Shown in pieces: positions 47,639 to 56,433 of a stretch of DNA of 64,000 nucleotides (within the stretch, counting starts at the first letter, position 1; every line of letters begins with the position of its first letter). The notes beneath the pieces were generated by a model that was not told the DNA's origin, ran no database searches, and was given only the letters and a program-made list of their open reading frames with translations. The stretch is from Elusimicrobia bacterium CG1_02_37_114 (GTDB lineage Bacteria > Elusimicrobiota > Endomicrobiia > CG1-02-37-114). The position numbers were made by a program, and so were the translations under genes. The DNA lies in assembly GCA_001871125.1 (NCBI GenBank), contig MNXB01000117.1, forward strand, positions 5,654 to 69,653, written 5' to 3'.

Positions 47639-48946
47639 TCATTTTCCGAAACGCCAGAAAAGGTCCTTGAACCATTTTTGCAATTCTATGCGGAACCTCT
47701 GCGTCCCTATCCTTAACTGCCTGAATATTTTCCTCTGTTTCCTGAATTTATCAGGTCTATATGCTCCCGGGATAACACCGAGTTGTTTACCGACTTTTTC
47801 AAATGCGTTAAGAACACGGTCAAGATGTTTATCTGTATGTATAGCCATATAACTCGTCCTTATGAGTGCCTCTCCCTCGGGTACCGCAGGACTCACAACA
47901 GGACTGGCAAACACCCCTTCATCAAATAACATCTGACACATCTGGAATGCTTTCATATCATCACCTACGGTAATCGGTATAATCGGGGTTTCGCTATCGC
48001 GCGTATTGAAACCTAACGATTTGAAGCCACTAAGCATCTTTCTTGTGTTTTTCCACAATCTCTGTCTCAATTCGGGTTCCTGCTCAATTATATCTAATGA
48101 AACATCAATGGCGGCAACCTGTGCAGGCGGCAGACTCGCAGTAAATATTAGTGCTCTGGCAAAATGTTTAATGTAGTGTATGACTTCTTCGTGCCCAGCA
48201 ATAAATCCGCCGATGGATGCAAGCGATTTACTCGCTGTAACCATTATTATATCCACTTCTGCGGAAAGCCCGAAATGCTCGGCAGTGCCTCGGCCGTTTC
48301 TACCCAGAACTCCGAGTGAATGTGCATCGTCCACCATTACCCTTGCATTGTATATCTTTGCAAGTTTAACAATTTCGGGCAAATTTGCAATATCGCCTTC
48401 CATGCTGAATACACCGTCAACAACAATAAGTTTGGGGACATCGCGATTCTTTGACAGGACTCTTTCCAAATCTTCCATATTATTGTGCCTGTATCTCAGC
48501 ATCTCGCCAAACGAAAGCATGCAGCCGTCAATAATTGATGCATGGTCAAGTTTATCGGTTATAACAAGTTCATTTTTGCCGACAAGAGTTGATATCGCGC
48601 CTAAATTGGAGTGATGTCCCGTAGTGAACAATAACGCTGATTCTTTACCGATGAACCGGGCAAATTTTCGTTCAACTTTTTCATGCAGGTCAAGTGAACC
48701 GCTCAAAAACCTTGAGCCGGTGCAACTGGTACCGTATTTCTTTATTGCCTCAATTGCAGCACGTTTTACTTTAGGATGCAGCGAAAGTCCTAAATAATTA
48801 TTAGAACAACATACGATTTTCTTTTCACCGTCAATTATTACTTCGGGACCCTGTGCTGTCTCTATTCTCCGGAAATACGGGTAATATCCCGCAGCCATTA
48901 CTTCCCTTGCAGTTGTAAATTTCTGACATTTAGAAAACAGGTCCAT
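47639..48946 (-). CDS. PLP-dependent alpha-oxoamine synthase (serine palmitoyltransferase / KBL / BioF family)
   Basis: Class-II aminotransferase fold with PLP-lysine region (TASKSLASIGG), GHHSN, DDAHSLG. Confidence 0.8.
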   Translation of the reverse strand: MDLFSKCQKFTTAREVMAAGYYPYFRRIETAQGPEVIIDGEKKIVCCSNNYLGLSLHPKVKRAAIEAIKKYGTSCTGSRFLSGSLDLHEKVERKFARFIGKESALLFTTGHHSNLGAISTLVGKNELVITDKLDHASIIDGCMLSFGEMLRYRHNNMEDLERVLSKNRDVPKLIVVDGVFSMEGDIANLPEIVKLAKIYNARVMVDDAHSLGVLGRNGRGTAEHFGLSAEVDIIMVTASKSLASIGGFIAGHEEVIHYIKHFARALIFTASLPPAQVAAIDVSLDIIEQEPELRQRLWKNTRKMLSGFKSLGFNTRDSETPIIPITVGDDMKAFQMCQMLFDEGVFASPVVSPAVPEGEALIRTSYMAIHTDKHLDRVLNAFEKVGKQLGVIPGAYRPDKFRKQRKIFRQLRIGTQRFRIELQKWFKDLFWRFGK

Positions 48947-48959
48947 GGAATGCTCCTTT

Positions 48960-49943
48960 TTACAGCCAGTGATTTTCTTTATACCAATTATAAGTAATTT
49001 TTGCCCCTATTTCAAGTTGCGTGAATTTAAGCTCAAAATCCTTTTCAAAAACAGACGTATCTGCTGTCCAGTATTTCTGACAGAACTCTTTAACTTTATC
49101 CCTGTTCAGTTTTGCCGGCATATTTTTAAAACTCGCGAAAAATTCTGATATCACCGCAAAAATATTCACAAGATATAGAGGGAAAGTAATGATTTTTACA
49201 TTCCTGCCTGAAACACAGCCGAGTATTCTGCCGATTTCCTCCCAGGTGTATATCCTGTTTTCAGCCAGAAAATATATGTCATTCCCTGTCTCTTTTGCTT
49301 CTGCAATAAGACAGCATATTTCTGCCAGGTCTTTTATAAACAAAAGCTGGATTTTACAGTTTCTGTCACCGCTCATAATCGTAAAAAAACCCTGTGCAGC
49401 AACTTTAAAAAATGGAAACAAATCTTTATCTCTCGGACCATAAACTGCGGCAGGACGCAAAACTGTCACCGGTAATTTATCTCTGTATTTAAGCACCTCT
49501 GCCTCACCGAGTAGTTTACTTTTACCATAGTGTGAAACAGGAATGCAACTTTCATTCAATCCTTTACACATATCTGCCTGTGAGGGTCCCATTACAGATT
49601 GAGTCGATATATAAACAAACCTTTTTATATCTGGATTAAACTTATAAACCGCTTCAATAAGATTTTTTGTACCTATATGGTTGACTTTATAATAAGTTTC
49701 TGTTTTTGATACCCGGACAACTCCTGCTGAATGAAAAATTATGTCAATATCTTTCACTGCCTGTTCTAAAGCTTCGGGTTCTGTTATATCTCCGTAACAA
49801 AATTCCAAAGGCAGATTTTTTACCCATTTTAAATCACTCGTTTTCCTGACAAGACATCTTACGGAATAATTTTTACTTACAAGTCTCTCTGCGATGTGAC
49901 TCCCGACAAAACCGTTTGCTCCTGTAATTAATATTTTTTGCAT
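48960..49943 (-). CDS. NAD(P)-dependent epimerase/dehydratase-family SDR (candidate 3-keto reductase)
   Basis: Rossmann motif ITGANGFVGSHI and YGKSK catalytic motif. Confidence 0.8.
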   Translation of the reverse strand: MQKILITGANGFVGSHIAERLVSKNYSVRCLVRKTSDLKWVKNLPLEFCYGDITEPEALEQAVKDIDIIFHSAGVVRVSKTETYYKVNHIGTKNLIEAVYKFNPDIKRFVYISTQSVMGPSQADMCKGLNESCIPVSHYGKSKLLGEAEVLKYRDKLPVTVLRPAAVYGPRDKDLFPFFKVAAQGFFTIMSGDRNCKIQLLFIKDLAEICCLIAEAKETGNDIYFLAENRIYTWEEIGRILGCVSGRNVKIITFPLYLVNIFAVISEFFASFKNMPAKLNRDKVKEFCQKYWTADTSVFEKDFELKFTQLEIGAKITYNWYKENHWL

Positions 49944-49971
49944 ATGTTAAGTTTTTTGTTTACCGAAATTT

Positions 49972-50268
49972 CTATAAATCTAATTTTAATTCGAGTTGTG
50001 GATTCTGTAACTCTATCTCTTTTAATATACTTTGCACCAGAGAAATGGCATCAGATAATGCCTTTTGTGAATCAGAAATTGACATCAATACACCTGATTC
50101 GTAGGTCAAATCATTTCTTTTTCTTCGCATAGATTCAAATTTCCTTACAAGATTTGAATATTTATCACCCAAAATTGCTTCAGTCATTTCTACTACTGTC
50201 CTATGTTGACCACCATCATCAGGGATATAACCCGACAATAACAATAAAGCTCTACCTGCCTTTAACAT
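49972..50268 (-). CDS. HEPN-like domain protein, probably N-terminally truncated
   Basis: Begins at the ALKALL-equivalent helix (MLKAGRALLLL) with an RKRNDLTYE region. The upstream frame is open but has no start codon. Confidence 0.4.
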   Translation of the reverse strand: MLKAGRALLLLSGYIPDDGGQHRTVVEMTEAILGDKYSNLVRKFESMRRKRNDLTYESGVLMSISDSQKALSDAISLVQSILKEIELQNPQLELKLDL

Positions 50269-50462
50269 TGCTGTATAAGCTAATAAAATAGTGACAGCTA
50301 TTTTTTAATAATTGCAGATTTATTCGTGTTTTTTTTCTTTCACTACTAGTAAATTACCGAATTATTGAGCAACTACAAACGTCCCCGTTACATGTTTTCA
50401 ATAATTCAATCATTTAAACACCGTCCCGTAACACTTTTAATCCAACAATACCTATTATGCAT

Positions 50463-51581
50463 TTAATTTATTGTTTTTAAAAAATATATTGTTTCTGTAA
50501 CCTTATCGTTGGAAACCTTATAGTGCCGTTTTGCATGATCTCGCTCTGTCCTAAATCGTCTGTATATTTGCTTATAAACCTTGGCTTTACCTCTTTTACA
50601 TAGTGTTTCACGAATAAGTTCATCTGACATAATTCCTTCGTTGTTATAACTTAATAGTATGTATTTTGCGTCTGCATTTTTTATTAAATCTGCAAATTTC
50701 TCTCCACATTTTTCTTTTAGATTATAATCTGATTTTTGTTTATCGTAAGGACGAAGTCCTGTTTTACCATAAATATTAGGATTATCCCATCTAGCAATTG
50801 TTTCAAGAATATGAAAATTTGGTGCATATTGACGACTATTATATGGGGGGTCTATATATAATATGTCGCATTTAATATTTCTTACTAATTTATTTGCATC
50901 TTCCAAATGGATCTCATGTTTTGAATTGCTTTCTATTAATTTGGGTGGTAAAAGTGTTAAATGCTTTAATGCCATGGACCTCCATATTTTCAAAAAAGCT
51001 CCATATGTACCCGATATGTTAGCAACAAAATCTGCAGCATCAATTAAAGATGCTAAGAGAATAAAATATTCCTCTTTTGTTATCCAATCATTATTTTTCC
51101 ATATCTGAATGAGATTTCTAATGGCATCCACTTTTTTCGCATTTTCATCTTTAAAATATTGTCTTTGATATTTACTATTGGAAGTACCTCCCGGAGCATA
51201 GTTTAAGTATACAAACCCTTTTTCTTCTGGTAGATTATTTAGATAATTTAGTACAGCTTTCAAATTTTCCTTATTTGTATCCTCTTTAAAAAACAAGGAT
51301 GACTGAACTTTATTTTTTGCTTTTAAAATATCTTTTTCATGCTGTAATACTTTTGTGAAGGAAGGATTTATGTTGTTCTTTATGTATGCATATTGAAAAA
51401 CATAGGAATAATACATAATGTCACAAGTAATCAATTTATATCCCTTTTTCTTATAAAATTGTGCAACATTAGTTGTGCCACTAAAAATATCACAAAAAGT
51501 TCCTTTCGTTGGCAATTTTTCTTGTGTAATTACCTTATCAATGAACGGCAATAATCTAAACTTATTTCCTATATACTTCAT
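50463..51581 (-). CDS. N6-adenine DNA methyltransferase, D12 (Dam-like) class
   Basis: N-terminal KYIGNKFRLL and catalytic DPPY (ILYIDPPYN). Confidence 0.8.
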   Translation of the reverse strand: MKYIGNKFRLLPFIDKVITQEKLPTKGTFCDIFSGTTNVAQFYKKKGYKLITCDIMYYSYVFQYAYIKNNINPSFTKVLQHEKDILKAKNKVQSSLFFKEDTNKENLKAVLNYLNNLPEEKGFVYLNYAPGGTSNSKYQRQYFKDENAKKVDAIRNLIQIWKNNDWITKEEYFILLASLIDAADFVANISGTYGAFLKIWRSMALKHLTLLPPKLIESNSKHEIHLEDANKLVRNIKCDILYIDPPYNSRQYAPNFHILETIARWDNPNIYGKTGLRPYDKQKSDYNLKEKCGEKFADLIKNADAKYILLSYNNEGIMSDELIRETLCKRGKAKVYKQIYRRFRTERDHAKRHYKVSNDKVTETIYFLKTIN

Positions 51582-51591
51582 TTGTATTGTT

Positions 51592-52254
51592 TTATCTTGC
51601 CCTATGAAAATTCAAAAATATTGATTCAAAATATTTTTTCAAATTTGGGTCAAAATTATCTGAAAAATTTAAAATAAACTTGGTTTTTGTTTCATCAATA
51701 TATGATATAATTGCTAAACGGTCTGAATCAGAAGGCTCTAAGTCGTTTATCGTTTCCTTAATAAGCTCGCTTTCTTTTGACAAAACTCTTTCAGCAAACT
51801 TACCAAAAATTTTCGTGTCTATTCCTGCAATAAAAGCAAATATTGGCTTGAATTTACCGTTCTTAAATGGTTTCTTACCTTCTATTTCTACATCACTTAT
51901 AAACTTTAAAACATCCAACATACATCTCTTTATTTTCTTCCTATCTGATAAAATCTTCTTATAATCATCCTTCGCCTCTCCTATGAAAAATAAAACTTTC
52001 GGCGTGTCACTTTTTTGCAAAACTAAGTCAACGCGTTCAACTTCTTTTCCAACATAAAACTTGTGGGTTTTATTGTTATATTCTAGAAATAATTCCTGCC
52101 ATGCGCCTCCTGGTGGACTTATATATGCCCTGAACCATTTGTCATAAATAGTTGTTAATGAAAAATCCACAGACATCAAAGAAGCTTCTTCACCATATTT
52201 CTTAGCATTAAATTTTATTAACTCTTTAATTGTCATATGGTTTCTGCACCTCAT
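51592..52254 (-). CDS. PD-(D/E)XK nuclease-fold protein, candidate restriction endonuclease (small subunit)
   Basis: D...EAK motif (RVDLVLQKSDTPKVLFFIGEAKDD). Confidence 0.5.
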   Translation of the reverse strand: MRCRNHMTIKELIKFNAKKYGEEASLMSVDFSLTTIYDKWFRAYISPPGGAWQELFLEYNNKTHKFYVGKEVERVDLVLQKSDTPKVLFFIGEAKDDYKKILSDRKKIKRCMLDVLKFISDVEIEGKKPFKNGKFKPIFAFIAGIDTKIFGKFAERVLSKESELIKETINDLEPSDSDRLAIISYIDETKTKFILNFSDNFDPNLKKYFESIFLNFHRAR

Positions 52255-53716
52255 TATTAATTATAATCAAATCAGAATTGTATTTAAAAGATCGTGTTAA
52301 TTTAGTATTTTTTGTGACAAATTTATCATATTTAAATCCCTCTGGAGGGTCAACAAAAATATATAGCAATAGGTTCATTGTTTTTTCCCCATCTAAATCC
52401 AAGGCAAACAATTCTCTAAAAGCATAGAGTTCTCCAGATTCCGGGTCTCCGGACTCTATTTTATTTTCTCCTTTCCAGATTCTTCCCGGAAATATTAGTG
52501 TTGGTAACGAAGTATTTAACGATGTGAGCGTAATATTATTATGGTTGTAATTTGATTCTATAATTTGCTTCAACTTTGAGGTATCCAAACATATGCCAAC
52601 TTTTGATATACCTTTTTTATAAGAAAGTAACTTTATCTTATGATTTATGAGATCTTTAATTAATGGTTTATCTTCAATATTGCCGGGAACCCAATTAACA
52701 AAATTTTTAAAATTCCAATCTAAAATATTACAACTAGATTCAACTTTTGCTGATTTATCATATATTCGCTTAATAATAAAATCTTCTAAAAACGAATCTT
52801 TTAAAAGTAAGGAACGTTGTTTTTCGGTTAAAACAGAGAAGTCATTATCAAGCCTTACATGGGATCTGCCGTGTTTTATAACTGAATTATTTAAATAAAC
52901 CCTCATGTGGTTCAAGATAATTCTTTCAAATTTTATTTTTTCTTCTTTATGTGTACCAAAAGCACTATTAAGAAGTATTAAAGAAAGACAATTTCCTATT
53001 AAACTTCTTCCTTCAGGTTGAGAATGACTAAATCCAAGTCTACTATCAATCTTCGGATTATCAAAATATATTACAAAAGAAGGACACCTATATCTAATTG
53101 TATAAATAATATGATTTATTACCTGTAACGATGTCGGTTCTCTTGGTTGACCTTCGTCTACTTCCTGCGATCTATCAGTCCCCGAATAAAAGGTTTGGTA
53201 AAGAACAGGTGTATTAGAAATGACTGCACCTAATTTTCTGCCTTCACGTTGCCATTGTGAATTCCCAACATTTGCAGTACCTGTTGTTTCTATAACAACA
53301 ACGGGGTTAAAATTCTTATCAAATCTACAAATAACAATATCAGGGATATCTGCAAATTGGATAATTTTCCCAACTGTTTCTGGTATATCCCATGCTGAGT
53401 ATTGTCCGCATATTTTTATGTTAATGTATTTATTATCTGAGGAGACAAAACAATAAATCGGTTGACTTATTGGTTCATATACTACGCCAACCAGTTTTAG
53501 AAAATTACTGAATTGAACTATTAAATCAAAAACATATACACTTTCTAATGTGTTATCTGAAAAAGAAACCAGATTGATATGCTCTGCGTTCTTACAGATC
53601 TCTTCAAGTTCTTCTGAAGTAAGAACTCTTATTTTTCTTTGTTTGCCATAAAGATCATCTTGGGGTTCTTTAATGAACAAAGGTCTTTGTTTAGAAATAT
53701 TATATTCCTCTGGCAT
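52226..53716 (-). CDS. hypothetical 496-aa protein, candidate restriction endonuclease large subunit
   Basis: Nuclease-like IPDIVICRFD...VVIETTG region. Sits between the two MTases and overlaps both neighbours. Confidence 0.4.
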   Translation of the reverse strand: MPEEYNISKQRPLFIKEPQDDLYGKQRKIRVLTSEELEEICKNAEHINLVSFSDNTLESVYVFDLIVQFSNFLKLVGVVYEPISQPIYCFVSSDNKYINIKICGQYSAWDIPETVGKIIQFADIPDIVICRFDKNFNPVVVIETTGTANVGNSQWQREGRKLGAVISNTPVLYQTFYSGTDRSQEVDEGQPREPTSLQVINHIIYTIRYRCPSFVIYFDNPKIDSRLGFSHSQPEGRSLIGNCLSLILLNSAFGTHKEEKIKFERIILNHMRVYLNNSVIKHGRSHVRLDNDFSVLTEKQRSLLLKDSFLEDFIIKRIYDKSAKVESSCNILDWNFKNFVNWVPGNIEDKPLIKDLINHKIKLLSYKKGISKVGICLDTSKLKQIIESNYNHNNITLTSLNTSLPTLIFPGRIWKGENKIESGDPESGELYAFRELFALDLDGEKTMNLLLYIFVDPPEGFKYDKFVTKNTKLTRSFKYNSDLIIINNEVQKPYDN

Positions 53717-53717
53717 A

Positions 53718-54686
53718 TTATCCTTCCTTTCTAAAAATCAGTATGTTTTGATGAATCATTGAAGGAATAAAAGTGGAAGGATACCCATAAACATGGAGTG
53801 ATTTGCTTACATCATACCAAATAAGATTTGCTTTTAGTACTAAGTTAGGATTTTTTATTATATTTGATAATTCCGCACCTAACAAATGATATTCATTTCC
53901 TCTATACATATCACCAATAAAAATTGCTAAATATTTTTTATTTTTGAGAACCCTTTGGCATTCTTCAAATATTTTTTTCATCTCTTCAAGCCATTCTTCT
54001 TTTGTTTGAATATGGGAACCATTAAATTGTGATAAATTAGATTGCTTTATTCGTTTACTTCTCGTCTGTTCCAACTTATCCATATGCCAGTATGGAATAT
54101 CCGTTAGAATGAAATCAAAGAAATTATCTTGAAATTTATTTATTTCTGTTTTACAATCTCCCTCGATTATTTCCTGTTCCTGTATTTTTTCTAACTTACA
54201 TACTTCTTTATAGATTTTTATCCATTTAGGATTAATATCAATCCCAATTGCTTTTCTGTTACATAGTGATGCTCCGAGTAAAGTTCCACCAACCCCCATT
54301 AGAGGATCAAAGACAATTGCATTTTCTTTAGTAAAAGTTTTTATTAGGTCAGCGCAGAGTTCGGGAGGTTTTTGTCCACCATGTTGCTTACGAAGACCAT
54401 GTTGCAGGTTAAGAGAATAAACTTTGTTAATCACTGATTTTGTTGCAAATTTCCATTCTCTTCCCGTTAGATCATTCAATTTATTATTTTTAGTATATAA
54501 TCCGCGTGCTCCCAAATCAATAGTTTTAAATTTTCTGTCTTTATTAATATTTATATCTTTTTTAGTTGAGTTTAAAAATAAATTAGGGAATAAATATTCG
54601 TTAGAACTTTCTCTGATTAAATATTTTTTATCAGCGTTTTGTAGTCTATTTGATTTTAAATGATTTTTTAATGTACTTTTTCTCAT
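53718..54686 (-). CDS. DNA methyltransferase, beta class (N4-C/N6-A, PF01555-like)
   Basis: AdoMet motif FDPLMGVGGT. Catalytic motif unusually DIPYW (FILTDIPYWHM). Confidence 0.8.
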   Translation of the reverse strand: MRKSTLKNHLKSNRLQNADKKYLIRESSNEYLFPNLFLNSTKKDININKDRKFKTIDLGARGLYTKNNKLNDLTGREWKFATKSVINKVYSLNLQHGLRKQHGGQKPPELCADLIKTFTKENAIVFDPLMGVGGTLLGASLCNRKAIGIDINPKWIKIYKEVCKLEKIQEQEIIEGDCKTEINKFQDNFFDFILTDIPYWHMDKLEQTRSKRIKQSNLSQFNGSHIQTKEEWLEEMKKIFEECQRVLKNKKYLAIFIGDMYRGNEYHLLGAELSNIIKNPNLVLKANLIWYDVSKSLHVYGYPSTFIPSMIHQNILIFRKEG

Positions 54687-54900
54687 TTTGTTTTATATTA
54701 CTATTTTTTCGTTGAAAATAGTGACATCTTTCTGCTAAATCGGATATTTTTTTAGCTTCCTTTAGATTTAAAATAGATTCTTTCAATAAAGATTCAACCT
54801 GAACGAAACCGACCTTCTTTTCTCTTAATTTACCATCATTTATTAGTTTTTTAATTAAATTAGATAATCCTGCGGATAAATTACTCAGGTTTTCCTGCAT
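54646..54900 (-). CDS. small basic/helical protein, partner of the HTH-nucleotidyltransferase
   Basis: 84 aa, overlaps both flanking genes. No canonical HEPN Rx4-6H motif. Confidence 0.35.
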   Translation of the reverse strand: MQENLSNLSAGLSNLIKKLINDGKLREKKVGFVQVESLLKESILNLKEAKKISDLAERCHYFQRKNSNIKQNEKKYIKKSFKIK

Positions 54901-55453
54901 TCAGTTGTCCTTTCAATAATAAGATTTTATCTTTAATTATCATATCTAAAAATCCACCTGATTTCTTTCTTTCGTTTTCAAATTCTTTTTCGGTGTAAGT
55001 AGTAAAATTAATTTCTCTATTCAATTCTTTTTCTAAATTATTGATTTTCTCTAAGAATTTATCCTGATTAATATTTCCAATTACTATTAAGTCAATATCA
55101 GAAGTTCTCTTCTCTTTGTTTTTTGTATAGGAACCGTAGATAAAAGCTAATACAATATCTTTGAACTGATTAAGCATTTCTTTCAATTGCCCCCCCACTC
55201 CTTCTGTTTTGAATATTATTATCTTTATTTCCTTATAAAGAGGATATTTTTTGTTTAAGGAATAAAATTTTAAATCACCTCTTCTATGCGAAACATAGAT
55301 TCCTTCTTTCTCAAATTTTTTTAATTCTCTTGAAAGATTGCCTGCATCCATGCCTATAAGGTTCGCAAGTTCCCTTACATAATAACTTTCATCCGGGTGC
55401 GTAAATGAATAAGTTAAAAGCTTTTTTCTAAGCTTATTTTCTAATAAAATCAT
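54881..55453 (-). CDS. wHTH + minimal nucleotidyltransferase (MNT-like) protein
   Basis: wHTH (VRELANLIGMDAGNLSRELKKFEKEG) and NTase motif FIYGSYTKNKEKRTSDIDLIV. Confidence 0.7.
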   Translation of the reverse strand: MILLENKLRKKLLTYSFTHPDESYYVRELANLIGMDAGNLSRELKKFEKEGIYVSHRRGDLKFYSLNKKYPLYKEIKIIIFKTEGVGGQLKEMLNQFKDIVLAFIYGSYTKNKEKRTSDIDLIVIGNINQDKFLEKINNLEKELNREINFTTYTEKEFENERKKSGGFLDMIIKDKILLLKGQLNAGKPE

Positions 55454-55541
55454 ATTTGATATGCCGTTGTAAATATTACATCAATTGTTGTAAATTATAC
55501 AACATTAATAATAAAATTTCAAGCTCGCCCTTATTAAAATA

Positions 55542-56330
55542 TTATTTTCTTCTGTAAGCATCAAGGAAAGAATCGCAATAAATGTTTTTGCCAAGTAAAA
55601 GTTCGGCGGTTATCATAGCATCTACCAGGTCCTTATCAAGCGGGTTAACTATGGCAGCATCAAGACCGCTTGCAAGTGCCATTACAAGGAAAGTCCGGTC
55701 TATAAGTGAACGGTAGTTTGTTCCCTGTGATACGTTTGATAACCCGAGTATGGTTTTTGGCGGCGGGTCACACAGAAGTGGACACTGTTTCAGAGCCTCA
55801 AGAACTGCGGCTGAATGCTCCATAGCAACATTGACGGGCAGTATTACCGGGTCTATGTATAAACCAGAAGTATCTATCCCGTGTTCCATTACTTTTGCTA
55901 CAATATTTGCCGCTATTTCAACCCTGCCTTCCGGAGTTATCGGTATACCTGTTTTGTTTATCGTAAGAGCAATTATTTTTGTATTATATTTCTTTGCTAA
56001 CGGCAGAAATTTGTCCATTTTTTCTTCTTCACCGTTTATTGAATTCAGGAATGCCCCTTCTCCTGAAAGTTCAAGTCCTTTGTCCATAACGTCTAATTTT
56101 GTTGTGTCTATCGCAAGCGGTACGTTTGTGACTTCACGGATTGTTTCTATCATCCACTGCATATCCTTCAGCGGTTCAGATGAGGCGGGTCCCACATTTA
56201 CGTCCAGGACACCCGCGCTTGCCTCAAGTTGTTTTTTTGCAATGTCCTGCAGGATTGATTTATTTTTTGTCTGGATTGCTTCACGGACATTTTTAAACAT
56301 TCCATTAATCTTTTCTCCAATGATAAGCAT
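55542..56330 (-). CDS. acsE: methyltetrahydrofolate:corrinoid Fe-S protein methyltransferase (pterin-binding, AcsE/MtrH-like)
   Basis: Pterin-binding TIM barrel (IIGEKINGMFKNV...GVLDVNVG, GLSNVSQG). Confidence 0.8.
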   Translation of the reverse strand: MLIIGEKINGMFKNVREAIQTKNKSILQDIAKKQLEASAGVLDVNVGPASSEPLKDMQWMIETIREVTNVPLAIDTTKLDVMDKGLELSGEGAFLNSINGEEEKMDKFLPLAKKYNTKIIALTINKTGIPITPEGRVEIAANIVAKVMEHGIDTSGLYIDPVILPVNVAMEHSAAVLEALKQCPLLCDPPPKTILGLSNVSQGTNYRSLIDRTFLVMALASGLDAAIVNPLDKDLVDAMITAELLLGKNIYCDSFLDAYRRK

Positions 56331-56343
56331 GCTGCCTCCTTTT

Positions 56344-56428
56344 CGTCCTGATGAATCAGGACGCTACATTTTATGATAAATCAAGACGCTACATTTTATG
56401 ATAAATCAAGACGCTACATTTTAAACTC
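56344..56428. repeat. hairpin CGTCCTGAT-GAA-TCAGGACG followed by a 3x tandem 25-bp repeat (CARGACGCTACATTTTATGATAAAT) in the acsE leader
   Basis: Read directly. On the minus strand the hairpin is followed by AAAAGGAGG-N6-ATG(acsE). Confidence 0.5.
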
Positions 56429-56433
56429 TAATG

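Noticed and set aside
56357-56425. Tandem 25-bp repeats considered as a CRISPR array
   Set aside because: Units are directly contiguous with no spacers, and there are only three copies with a degenerate last unit. No cas genes nearby. Interpreted as a regulatory tandem repeat instead.
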